DNA from: an uncultured delta proteobacterium | Lineage (GTDB): Bacteria; Desulfobacterota; WTBG01; CAIYCZ01 | Direction: 5' to 3' | NCBI GenBank assembly: GCA_963803975.1 | Contig: CAWDOY010000001.1 | Location: 157,463-221,462, forward strand | Length of the DNA: 64,000 bases | Shown here: piece by piece, positions 10,257 to 20,859 of the stretch | Position numbering within the stretch: position 1 is the stretch's first letter | Layout: each line of letters opens with the position of its first letter | Made by a program: the position numbers and the translations under genes | Notes under the pieces: generated by a model | Databases searched by the model: none | The model's input: only the letters and a program-made list of their open reading frames with translations | Told to the model about the DNA's origin: nothing

Positions 10257-11274
10257 TTACCAGCGGCTTGCAATAATGCCGCTGCAAAACGACAGAAGTC
10301 CGATACCCAGCAGAACCGGCGAGAGATAAAACCATGCAGGCTCTGTCGCTTTTGTGTATTCAACGGTCCGCGCATGTTTCACGATGGCTTCCACTACCCG
10401 GTCTTCGCACCGTTCTTCACTGACCCGGAAATAGCTGCCGCCGGTAGCCGCGGCAATCTCCTTCAGCGTATCTTGCTCGATCCGGGTCTTCAGATAGGTA
10501 CCTTCTTCGTCCGTGTAGTAGTCGACAATAGAGGTGCCCTCCGCGTCCCGTATGGGAATGAGCACACCCTGTCCCATGCCGGTGCCGATGGTGTATATGA
10601 ATAATTCCCAGGGCAGCCGCACGCCGGGCCGCCTCAACGAGTGCCGACGGATCATCGCTGATGTCCTCGCCGTCCGAAATGAGGATAAGCGCCCGGGCCC
10701 GTTTTACGGAAACGTCGGCAAGGAGCGCGACCCCGGTCATTATTGCCTGGCCCAGATCGCTTCCGGGTATGGTAATGGTTGTATCATTTAAATGTTTCAG
10801 CAGATACTGGCAGTAGCCGTAGTCAGTTGTGGAGGGTATTACCTCAACGCCCCTGCTGGCAAACATGAAGACCCCCACACGCTCGCCCCTGAGCGCTGAG
10901 AGGATATTCAGCGCGCAGTAGCGGGCGCGGTTGAGCCGGTTGCGCACGGGAAACAGCTTTTGCCCTTCCGGCGGAATCATTTCATCTTCTGCGAGCATTG
11001 ATTTTGAGACATCAATGCCGAGCGCGATGTCAATGCCGCCGCGATTGAAGACGGTCCGCAGGTACTGCAGCTTCGGCTCAGCCAGGCACAGAATCAGTGC
11101 TATGAGGCTGATGCTTAAAAACAGGGTTGCTGCCGCAAAGGAAGCAAGGCTCTTTTTTTTGCCGGCAAACCTGACCAGCCACTGTGATGCAGTCCGATAC
11201 GAAATCAGGGCGCAGCACACAAACAATGGCAGGATAAGCAGCAGCCAGATATATTCGGGATTGTCGAGCGCCAT
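10257..11274 (-). CDS. membrane-anchored vWA protein, MxaL/BatB-like (frameshift near 10610)
   Basis: N-terminal TM helices, MIDAS DVSKSM, GSDLGQAI, LISDGED, C-terminal TM helix. Confidence 0.85.
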
Positions 11275-11290
11275 TCTGCACAACCTATCA

Positions 11291-11439
11291 GGCTGTTGAA
11301 AAATACCCATCTGCTTCGTTGCGCTCATTCCTCGTCATTGCGACGTACGGTACAGTACGTCGCTTTCTTCAGGATTTCGCGTGCCGTGCGTCTGGATGTT
11401 TATGACCAGCCCGGGAGAAAACTACTTTTACAACAACCC
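11291..11439 (+). mobile_element. ~150-bp MITE-like element, copy 1
   Basis: Ends GGCTGTTGAAAA...TTTACAACAACC; close inverted copy at 37006-37150. Confidence 0.75.
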
Positions 11440-11441
11440 GC

Positions 11442-12200
11442 CTATTTTTTGATTTTTGTCTCTACCGGCTCCCCGGGAGCGTAGCCACCCATTTCAGGGA
11501 TGAGTGTTTCAAGATTTTCTTTCAGCGCCTGGTTTTTTTCGAGATCGGTTTTGACCGCCTCGATTTTTTTAACGTACTGCTCGCTGTTGAGCAGCTCGAA
11601 ATTCCAGCGCGGTATATTTTTATCCATGGCAGCTGCCCCGGTTTTGTCCACCGCGTCAATGGCGGCCTTGTAATCCGAGAGCGCGTCACGTATCACGCCC
11701 TGGACTTTGTCGGCGTTTTTTTCTTCATCAAGCATGACAAAGGCCTTCAGCAGCCTGGCTGAGGCGGCAACGTTATACAGCTGCCACATAACCTCCGGCC
11801 GCAGCTCACCGCCGCCGGTCAGCGTGCTGCTGCAGCGGTCAAGCATGGCGTCAAGGTGCTCCTTCAGGCGGGCGTTGTAGACAGGGACATCCTGCTCCAG
11901 CGCAGCATTATAGCGGCACATCTGGACAGATTTCAGCAGTGCCAGGGCGCTATGCCACTGCCGCTGCAGGATCCGCAGCTGCACTTCAGGCAGGGTGGCT
12001 CCGAGCTTCAGGTATGCGGCCGTTGCCCGGGCGTCATCGGTTATGGCATCAGCAGCTTCAACCTCCTGCTGAAACGTGCGGCTGTTGCGTTCGCGCTCCC
12101 TGAGGCTCTGATAACGGGAGATGTTTATGATGCTGTACAGCAGCGACAGTGCGGCCGTGAGCACGGCCCCATACATCATTAGTGTGCGTTTTCCAGTCAT
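11442..12200 (-). CDS. membrane-anchored helical/TPR-like protein, MxaK-like
   Basis: N-terminal TM helix, LYNVAA...YKAAI...PRWNFELL; lies between two vWA genes. Confidence 0.6.
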   Translation of the reverse strand: MTGKRTLMMYGAVLTAALSLLYSIINISRYQSLRERERNSRTFQQEVEAADAITDDARATAAYLKLGATLPEVQLRILQRQWHSALALLKSVQMCRYNAALEQDVPVYNARLKEHLDAMLDRCSSTLTGGGELRPEVMWQLYNVAASARLLKAFVMLDEEKNADKVQGVIRDALSDYKAAIDAVDKTGAAAMDKNIPRWNFELLNSEQYVKKIEAVKTDLEKNQALKENLETLIPEMGGYAPGEPVETKIKK

Positions 12201-12206
12201 GGTTGA

Positions 12207-13310
12207 TCAGATTTTTCTGTAATAAGGGTTTATCTGTAAAAAACAGTATATAAGGAGCGCGCAAAGGGTGCACGCGCCAAGGATCCAGCGCGTATCCTTT
12301 TTGCGCTTAACAATTTTTTCCAGGAAGCGGTTCTTTTCCATGGCATTGATTTCATTGTAAACCTCGGTGATTTTCTGCCTGCTGAAAGTCCGCGGCATGT
12401 AGAATATGTGCCCGGCCGTGGATTCTCCCTCAGGCCCTTCAAGGGCGATACGTATGTCGCTGGTGACGTCTCCCGCCACCACAATAAGATACAGTTTAAT
12501 CCCGAGCTGCTTGACCAGTGCCACCACGTTGAGAAAATTGAGCAGCCCCTTTTTCGCATCTTCCTCACTTTTGCTGGCCTCTATGCGGCCGTCGGTAAAC
12601 AGCACGATGGCCATTCCCTGCCCGAAATGAATCTTTTTCAATTTCTCCGGAATGGCTATGGAAGCGCCTGATCTGCCCACCAGCGCGTAGCGCAGGTCGT
12701 TTATCTCCTCGTAGGAGGGCTGATCTTCCTCCGGCAGCAGCATGAAGAATACGCATACGGCAAGCCAGGCAGCGTAGGACGCATTGGTTGCGCCGCCCAC
12801 GGTCAGCTCCCGGAAAATATAGGAATCAGCCCGCCTGCTCAACAGCTCAAGCTTTTGCTTCAGAATGCTCTTATCAAAAGCAGGGGGGGCGATTACCCTG
12901 GCAAAGCTTGAAAACGCCACAATGCCGATCAGATCATCCGTGCTGCGCATATCGATAAACGCGCGCGCGCCATCGAGCGCCACATCGCCGAGCGTGATGC
13001 GGCCGCCCTCATCGCCGGGCCTTCCCATGGAGCCGGAAAGATCCTGCACCAGCATGATCCATTTGGATTCAAGAAATGTCCTGTGCCAGTAGCTGGAGTA
13101 CTGGATGTTGGCTATGGCAAAAACGATGAGCACCATGACGAGCCCTGCCAGCATGTCCGCTGCGTACTTTTTTACAGGCCCTGGCTCAAGGCTGCTGCCC
13201 AGCATCGCGACCCGCGAAAATCCGGTTTTAACAGACGTTTTTTTCTGCAGGTACAGCACCGCCGGAACAAGCGCTAACAGGAGCAGTGCCCATGGGTATT
13301 GAATGCTCAT
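12207..13310 (-). CDS. vWA protein, MxaC/BatA-like
   Basis: QYPWALLLL N-terminus, MIDAS DLSGSM, DLIGIVAFS, GATN, VLFTDG, C-terminal TM helix. Confidence 0.9.
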   Translation of the reverse strand: MSIQYPWALLLLALVPAVLYLQKKTSVKTGFSRVAMLGSSLEPGPVKKYAADMLAGLVMVLIVFAIANIQYSSYWHRTFLESKWIMLVQDLSGSMGRPGDEGGRITLGDVALDGARAFIDMRSTDDLIGIVAFSSFARVIAPPAFDKSILKQKLELLSRRADSYIFRELTVGGATNASYAAWLAVCVFFMLLPEEDQPSYEEINDLRYALVGRSGASIAIPEKLKKIHFGQGMAIVLFTDGRIEASKSEEDAKKGLLNFLNVVALVKQLGIKLYLIVVAGDVTSDIRIALEGPEGESTAGHIFYMPRTFSRQKITEVYNEINAMEKNRFLEKIVKRKKDTRWILGACTLCALLIYCFLQINPYYRKI

Positions 13311-13320
13311 AGCGTGTATC

Positions 13321-14918
13321 TTACGCTGCTGCCTGCGACCCGGTCAGGTCAAGCAGACGCAGGATTTCCATTCTGATCTGATCGATCTCCGGGCAGCTTT
13401 CCTGCTCAAGGGCGACAGCGTTATCAATGGCTGCCAGCACCGTCTCCAGGGGGTCAAGATACTGCCCGGGGATATAGTTCCTGACGCTGTCGACAAAGTA
13501 GTGCGCGCTGCCGCCGGGCAGTGTACGGCTGTTGCCGTAGCGAGCCACTACATACTCGCGCAGCAGCGTTCCCGCCTCGTGAGATAGTGCCAGTGGGCGT
13601 GCGCGGGGGCAGCCTGCACCAGCACCCGCAGCCGTTCAGCAAGCAGGTCTTCTCTGGTCCGGAGCGTGAGGAGCCGCTGTTCTTGCCGCTGCCGGAAGAA
13701 TAGAACAGCTACCCATCCCAGGCACAGGATACACACCAGCAACCCTCCCGCTGCCTGCCACAGGCTGCTCTGCGCCTGGTAATGCAGGGCGGAAGCCTGA
13801 TAATCGGGCTGGACAGGCTTTGAGGGCACCAGCAGCCGGAACTCCTCTTTCACGGCCGGGACCATGGACGCGACCCGGAATGGTATTGGCCGGGTCTCCA
13901 CAGAGCGAACGGTCTCCCCCGAACAGGCGGGGCAGGTATAGCTCACGGTGACCGCCGGAATTACAAATTCGCCGGGGGCGAAGAATTTAATGCGACCCGT
14001 GATGATAACCGGGCTTTTGCTGATGACCTTGGTATAATCATAGGGGTCAAAGCTGCAGTCAAAGAGCTCCTTTTGAATAGACGCGGGCCGGAGATTGATG
14101 TTTGCAATAGAGCTGGGGTCGATGCTCACCCGGTCGGAAAACAGGATGGTAAAGGTAAACGGGACCGTGTCACCGATGCGCCCGCCACTCATGGCAAGCG
14201 CCAGCTGCACTCTGATGGAAGGCTTAAGCTCTACGAGATAGGGCCTGGCCCGGAGCACGCTGATATCTTCAGCGAGCAGGTTCAGCGCCTTGAAAAACGG
14301 GATTTCGAGAACATTCACCCGGTAGATGTTCTCTTTTTCATCGTACCCTGCCTGCGCCTGCTTCAGCAGGGCAGCTCTTCGCTCCCGGTCGGCACTTGCC
14401 TTCCACTCCAGGTCAAAAATATTGAAAAACGCCCAGGTTTTATCTTTAAGGATTATGGCCGGGTGAGTATAGAGCACCGCTTCGTCCTGGTTGAGCTGGT
14501 TTATGATTTCTTTCAGCTCATCCCGCTTCAGGCCCTCGCGCAGCCGGAAAAAGCAGGCGTCCTCGGCGATGTTTGCGTCATAAAAATAGTCAATAAGGCT
14601 GCTGCGGCTTTTAATGAGCGCTTTTGCTTTCTCCGGGATAAACGTGTCGTAGGTGTCCTCAAGTCCGTTGGCCGCACCGGCGTAGCGGGAGTCAAACACG
14701 ACGGTGAGCCACGTCATGCTGATGTCAGGCATTATTTTAGTGCTGCCATCATAAAACCAGATGTCGTCGAAGTTGAATGGGGCAGGAGCTTTTTTCTCCA
14801 GGGCGTTCGCGCTGAAGCGCGTCACTGCGGCGGCAGGAGCATGGACTGCCGAAATGCCGAGCGCCACGAGGAGCGTGATACAATATTTTTTTGTTAAGCA
14901 GTGTTTCCTACTGTGCAT
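13321..14918 (-). CDS. exported, membrane-anchored MxaA/BatD-like protein (frameshift near 13570)
   Basis: Signal peptide from MHSRKH, Ig-like APGEFVIPAVTVSY, TM helix LWQAAGGLLVCILCLGWVAVLFF. Confidence 0.6.
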
Positions 14919-14956
14919 AGAACTATAGCCGAAGATTATTTGTAATTTGTCTGTCT

Positions 14957-15092
14957 CACCAGTACCCCCTCTGACTCCCCCTTGGCCCATCGGCCGTGAG
15001 CAACTCGGCCTTGAACTCGTTGCCGAAAGGCTCAGGGCCGAACGGCAGGGGGAGAACATTGCCCCTTCTTACCAAGGAGGGGCAGGGGAGGT
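14957..15092. repeat. nested REP-like palindromic element
   Basis: CTCCCCCTTG...CAGGGGGAG and CCCCTTCTTACCAAGGAGGGG arms; the first encloses a further nested hairpin TCGGCC.TGAGC...GCTCAGGGCCGA. Confidence 0.6.
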
Positions 15093-15154
15093 CGATAAAT
15101 GCACTATAATACTTCCTGAGAGATAAATTCTCATATCTATATATGTGTAAGAAT

Positions 15155-16032
15155 CTAATAGGTTAACGGAGCCCGTTGCATGAACTCATGTAACTTGTTG
15201 GTACGGTCATCTTCAGGCGTTATCGTCACCAGGGGAATACCGGCCCGTAAGAGTCGGTTGCCCAGCGTCTCCCGCCCCTGCGCCATGGTTTCATTATAAG
15301 CCTTCCATTTGCTCACATCAAGCAGCCTGGTTGCGCCGGTTTCATAATCATAGAGCGGCAGCAGGCCCCGGGAGTACGGGGGCAGCGCCACCTCGCTTTC
15401 TTCAAGCACCTGCACTGCCTTCACATCGTGTTTGTTGGTGCCGTGGACCGTGCGGTGGAAGCTGTAGCTGAAGTCAAGCGGATACATGAAGTCCGACAGA
15501 ATAAACGTCAGGCTTTCGGGGACTTCAGTGACCAGCTTGGTCAGGGCGATCTGCAGGCTGGTGGAGCGGCACGCCACTGGTTCCGCGCGGGCAATGGCCG
15601 CAAGAATCTCCATGAAATGAGACCGGCCCATGCGCGGCGGAATATAGCTGACGATGTCATCGGCGAACAGGATCAGCCCGCAGCCGTTGTTGCTCATGAT
15701 GGCGCTGTAGGCAAGCGACACCGCGATGTGCGCCTGGAGCAAGCTCCTTGCGGCCGAAGCTCACTGATGCTGCTGATGTCGTAGAGCAGCATGACGTTGA
15801 AATAGCTTTCGGCAAGGTACTCCCGCACGTAATATTTCCCGGTCTTTGCTTTTGCCTTCCAGTCGATGTTTTTAAACGGGTCGGTCGGCTCAAGCTCCCG
15901 CAGCGACCAGAATTCATAGCCCAGGCCTTTGAAGGTGCTTTCCCAGTCACCGGGAAACGGCGCGTTCACCCGGTGATTGATAAATATATCAAGCAGCTCT
16001 TTTTTTGACAGCAGGCTCTGTTCTGTTTTCAT
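15155..16032 (-). CDS. DUF58 (MxaS-like) protein (frameshift near 15745)
   Basis: GLGYEFWSLREL...DPFKNIDWKAKAKTGKYYVREY, DISS, FILSDF. Confidence 0.9.
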
Positions 16033-16040
16033 AGTGCCCG

Positions 16041-17064
16041 TCAGTACGGCCGTATGGTCTGCAGTATCTCCTGCACCAGCATGTCGGAGGTTATCTGCTG
16101 GGAAAGGGCACTGCTGTTGAGCAGGATGCGGTGCCTGAGGACGTGAACTGCACAGGTGGCCACATCATCAAAGGTGACAAAATCCCGCTGCCGACAGAAG
16201 GCATAGGCCTTTGCCAGCGCCAGCAGCGACTCTGTCGCACGCGGCGAGGCCCCGAGCCGGATATACTGGTGCACCTCGCTGGCTGCAGCCTGCTCTTTAT
16301 AGGTTTCATTCGGCCGGGTGGCAATGCAGATATTTAAAATGTAGTTCATGACCTTCCGGCCCACCCGCACCCGGTCATGGATGAGCTGCTGGATGGCAAT
16401 AATATCCTCAAGGCTGAAAACCTTCTGCACCGCTGCTTTCAGCTGGTCGAAATTGGAATTTTTTCTCTGCATGCAGCTCAAACTCCTCATCCTTGTGCGG
16501 ATACCCGACATCATATTTTACCATGAACCGGTCAACCTGGGATTCCGCCAGGGGATAGGTGCCGATCTGCTCAATCGGGTTCTGGGTCGCCAGCACCATG
16601 AAGGGATTGGGTATCGCATAGCTCAGGCATTCGATGGTTACTTCCTTTTCCTGCATCGCCTGCAGCAGCGCGGACTGAACCTTCGGCGATGCGCGGTTTA
16701 TTTCGTCGGCGAGAAAAATGTTGCAGAAAACGGGGCCGAAGTAAAAATCAAATTTCCTGTCCTTCTCATTCCACACCATGGTGCCGGTTATGTCGCTGGG
16801 CATCTTGTCCGGGGTGAACTGGAAGCGTTTGAAATTGCCGCTGATCACTTTTGCAAAGGTTTCAACAACAAGGCTCTTTGCCAGGCCCGGGACCCCCTCC
16901 AGCAGTATATGGCCCTTTGCCAGAAGCGCATACAGTATGAGGTTGATCATCTCCTCCTGGCCGATCACAACTTTTGCGATCTCAGCTTTTACCTGCTGGA
17001 TCTGTTGTGCATACCGGGTGAACTGCTCTTTCGTGCCGTCACCCGCTGTCACCTGATTCTGCAT
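16041..17064 (-). CDS. moxR: MoxR family AAA+ ATPase (frameshift near 16460)
   Basis: HILLEGVPGLAKS, FLADEINRASPKVQSALL, ATQNPIEQIGTYPL, GASPRA, VLRHRI. Confidence 0.95.
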
Positions 17065-17106
17065 ATGAAAGGTCCCCGTTGTTACGGCATCAGCATACCA
17101 GCCATG

Positions 17107-18148
17107 CTACATATATTCAAACCGCTTGCGGTACTTTATAATCAAGATAGAGAAAAAACGGGCCGCCCAGCAGCGACGTGACAATCCCGATCTTCAGGTC
17201 AACCTTAACGATAAGCCGGACAAACAGATCGGCATAGATAATAAAGACTGCCGCCAGCAGCCCGGCAAAGAAAACGAGCTTCCGGTTGTCCGGGCCGATC
17301 AGGCTGCGCATAATGTGCGGGGCAATCAGCCCGACAAAACCGATAACTCCCGATACGGCAATCGCGCCCCCGGTCTCGATGGATGAAAATAAGAGGAGCG
17401 CATTGCGTGCCTGCTTGATATTGACGCCCAGATTGGACGCTGTTTCTTCTCCGAGCATGAGGATATTCAAATCCCTGACATAGAACAGGGTCCCTGCCAG
17501 CGCTACGACCGTGGTGGGGAATACTATGCTCACATGCTCCCAGGAGCGGTTGTTCAGATCGCCCATGAGCCAGGTCACGATCACCCGGCCCACATCAAAC
17601 TCCCTGGTGCTCAGGGTGATGACAAAGGAGGTCAGTGCGCCGAATACTAAATTGAGCGCTATCCCCGCGAGCAGCAGCGTTGATACCGATGTCTGCCCCC
17701 GGGAGGTCGCGATGGCAAAGACCATGACCAGCGTCAACACGGCAAACAGTATGGCGGCAAGGGGCAGGGCAAACAGCGAATGGGCTGCCAGGCCGGCATA
17801 GATCGCCAGCACCGCGCCCAGCGCCGCCCCTGAGTCAATACCCATAACCCCCGGGCTTGCCATGGGGTTCTTGAAGATTCCCTGCATGATGGTGCCGGCG
17901 CCGCCGAGAGAAAATCCCACCAGAAGCGCAACCAGGAAGCGGGGCAGCCTGCCGTCCCAGACGATGGCGGCTTCAACGTCGCTGACGCTTCCTGTATAGA
18001 ACCCGAGTTTTGCAAGAATAATTTTAAATACATCTATAATGGCAATGGGCCACTCCCCTGACGTCAGGGTAAAAAAACCCCCCAGTACAATGAGCCCTGA
18101 CAATGCGCCGGCCAGCAGCGCTTCTGAAGCCTTAGGGCTGTTGCGCAT
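17107..18148 (-). CDS. FecCD/BtuC-family ABC transporter permease
   Basis: RLPRFLVALLVG, QGIFKNPMASPGVMG, LGEETASNLGVN, GVIGFVGLIAPH. Confidence 0.9.
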
Positions 18149-19181
18149 ACAAAACTCCGGCAAGCAGATCGGCGCTTAAGAGCATGAACTGGGAATCAAC
18201 CCGCAGATACACCCCGGGAACATAATACACTTTTCCCTGTTTATGGCCTGCGCAAAGGAGAGAACCTTATTGGACATCAGCAGCTCTCTCAGCTTGCTTC
18301 CCCGGGGAACGATAATAACATCGGGGTTCCATTTAAGCAGTGTTTCATTATCAATCTGCGACCAGGATTTAATGCCCTGCTCAGCCCCGACATTAACGGC
18401 GCCGATGATGCTGCAGATGGAATTAAAGTTTGATGACCGGCCCGGGATATACCCGCCTTCATCGTAATAGAGCACACGAACCGGCTTGTTGCCACCGGGG
18501 ATGTCTGACTTCAGTGCCGCGATTTTTGCATCGATTAGATTAACCAGTGCCTGCGCATTGGCTCTCTTCACCGACAATTTTTCCGATGAGCAGGATCTGC
18601 TCTTTAATGGACTCAATTGATACCAAAATAGCCGAGGTCAAAACAGGGGATCTTCGCCTGTCTGAGCTTTTCTTTAAAATCAGCGCCGGAATAAAAAACG
18701 GTAAAGACCAGGTCCGGCTGAAAGCCGATAACCAGCTCTGTCTGTTTTGATTTAAAAATCGGGCCCCGCTGCCGTACTTCATCTGCAATAAAGCTGAATT
18801 CAGGATCAGCGGAAAATTCATTGAAGGCTACCAGCCGCTCACGCGGGCAGATTGCCCATAATATCTCTGCAACGCCCACCGCGTGGGGAATTATGCGCAC
18901 GGGCTGCTTCGCCAGGGTGAACGCTTTTTCTTCCTGCGGAAGGCATCAGTCTTAAAATCATACACCTTGAAGGTATAGGGTATGGTGCGCGGCCAGCTGT
19001 TGGTTTGCGCTTCACCCCTGACCAGGCTCAGCGCTTTTTTTAAATCATTCATGGGCAGGGGAGGGGAACCGTCCGGACTGCGCGCTGCCCCGCCGCGGGA
19101 GAGCAGCAGGCAGCAGAGACAGCAGGCCAGGTTACTGAGAAGCTTCGCGCACGCTGCAGACCACCGACGACTGTTATGCAT
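18132..19181 (-). CDS. BtuF-like (type III) periplasmic binding protein (several frameshifts)
   Basis: RIIPHAVGVAEILWAI, ELVIGFQPDLV, WSQIDNETLLKWNPDVII. Confidence 0.8.
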
Positions 19182-19938
19182 AAAAATCGAGAAAAGTGGC
19201 GCTGTCATTTTTGATATTCCCGTACCTGCACATCAAATACCTGTTTAATATTCTCCGGGGAGAACGCATCCTGCGGCGAGCCGGTATAAAATATTCTTCC
19301 CGCGATGAATAATTGATATCGTATCGCAGAATTTTCTGCGCAAGGTTCAGATCGTGCATGGTTACCAGGATGGTTTTGCCCTGCGCCCGCAGTTCGAACA
19401 GAATGTTCATAATTGCCAGCGTGTGCTTGATATCAAGCTCGGCGGTCGGCTCATCCAGCAGTATCAGGGATGCTTCCGTTGCCAGGGCGCGGGCGATTAT
19501 CGCCAGCTGGCCTTCTCCGCCGGACAGCTCATTGATGATTCGGTCCTTTAGTGCATACATAGCGGTCTGCTGCAATGCCCGCTCGATTATTTCCCGGTCC
19601 TTCTGCTGCACCCCTTCAAAGCGTCCCAGATGCGGGTTGCGCCCCATGGAAACAATATCAAACACCGAGATGGGAAAACTGACCGCGGTGTTTTGCGGCA
19701 CCAGCGTAACCAGCCTGCTCAGCTCTTTTCTCGGTATGGTGCGGTAGTTTTTGCCCTCTATCAGGATGGTGCCGGACTGCGGCTCCCATATCCGGCAGAC
19801 ATTTTTCAGCAGGGTTGATTTGCCGGAGCCGTTCGGGCCGATGATGCCGTGAATTTTGCAGGGTTCAAAATGGACTGAAACCCCGTCAAGGATTTTTTTA
19901 TCTTCAATTGAAAAATGGATATCCTGTATTGTGAGCAT
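19174..19938 (-). CDS. BtuD/FecE-type ABC transporter ATPase
   Basis: GPNGSGKST, GRNPH, LSGGE, LLDEPT. Confidence 0.9.
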   Translation of the reverse strand: MLTIQDIHFSIEDKKILDGVSVHFEPCKIHGIIGPNGSGKSTLLKNVCRIWEPQSGTILIEGKNYRTIPRKELSRLVTLVPQNTAVSFPISVFDIVSMGRNPHLGRFEGVQQKDREIIERALQQTAMYALKDRIINELSGGEGQLAIIARALATEASLILLDEPTAELDIKHTLAIMNILFELRAQGKTILVTMHDLNLAQKILRYDINYSSREEYFIPARRRMRSPRRILNRYLMCRYGNIKNDSATFLDFYA

Positions 19939-19950
19939 ACGGCAACAGTC

Positions 19951-20734
19951 CTATGAGCACAGCCTGAATTTGTATGCAACCGGCAGAATAAATTTTGCTA
20001 CCACGACACAGAAGAAACCAAAATATACGGATATGCTTATTGCCGCTGCTGTCAGGTCCGGGGAGAATTCAGCGGTTATGCCCAGTGCCGCCCAGATGAA
20101 AATCTGCCCCAGCAGCAGCTGAAAGTTCTGGGCCAGGGTATATATTACCCAGAAGTTCTGCGAGAGCTTGAAAATTTCGCCCCTGCGGATTTTTATCTCA
20201 ATGATTTTAAACCAGGTCCGGCCCTCAACAATCTGGGACGATCCGTCGCACACATGGTGCAGCAGATACAGTACTACCAGCAGGTGGGGAGCAAAAGAGA
20301 GGCTCTGAAAGAAGTATTTAAAAACCGGCGGAAAGCACAGCAGCAGGCAGACTGCCCCCAGGGACTGGCCGATGGCGATTGCCCACCTGCGCCCTGATTA
20401 AGCGGGGAATCTGCAGGCGCGGGTCCTGCGCGACCTCCAGCTGATCTATGAATTCCGATGTGTAGGTGCTCGAAATCATGGTTATCCCCGGATAGGCGTA
20501 TTTCACCAGCACCCCCAGGATTGCAGCAACTTTCAGCTCCTGCTCGGCCATTAAAAACATGGTATAGAGAATCACGCCGTCAAGGATGTTTTTCCCGATA
20601 GTATAGCAGATATTGCCCGCCTCGCCATAGCGATAAAAGGGCACTGAGATAAGGGCTGAAATATATAATTTTATTTTTTGCGGTAAAGCCGGGGGTGTGT
20701 AGCCGGGGTATGTTGTTGTCTGGTCTTTTTCCAT
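19951..20734 (-). CDS. uncharacterised polytopic membrane protein (frameshift near 20385)
   Basis: ORFs 20318-20818 and 19951-20253 join through hydrophobic IAIGQSLGAVCLLLCFPP...LLVVLYLLHH; several TM segments. Confidence 0.6.
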
Positions 20735-20812
20735 CTGCAGAAGCTCGGCAATGGCTCTGACCTGTTTTGAAGAATCCCGGTGGTGCTGTCTATTCGGGGA
20801 AGAAACAAACGA

Positions 20813-20853
20813 AAGCACAAAAGGGGCACTGACTGCATGCCCCTTTTGTGCTT
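20813..20853 (-). terminator. intrinsic terminator after eutBC
   Basis: 16-bp perfect inverted repeat AAGCACAAAAGGGGCA/TGCCCCTTTTGTGCTT. Confidence 0.75.
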
Positions 20854-20859
20854 CAAGGA

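Noticed and set aside
11275..11328. N-terminal extension MSATKQMGIFQQP of the vWA ORF
   Set aside because: It derives from the MITE; the same peptide appears in the spurious ORF at 37113
14919..15059. N-terminal extension of the 503-aa ORF
   Set aside because: It lies in a REP-like palindrome; the signal peptide starts at 14918
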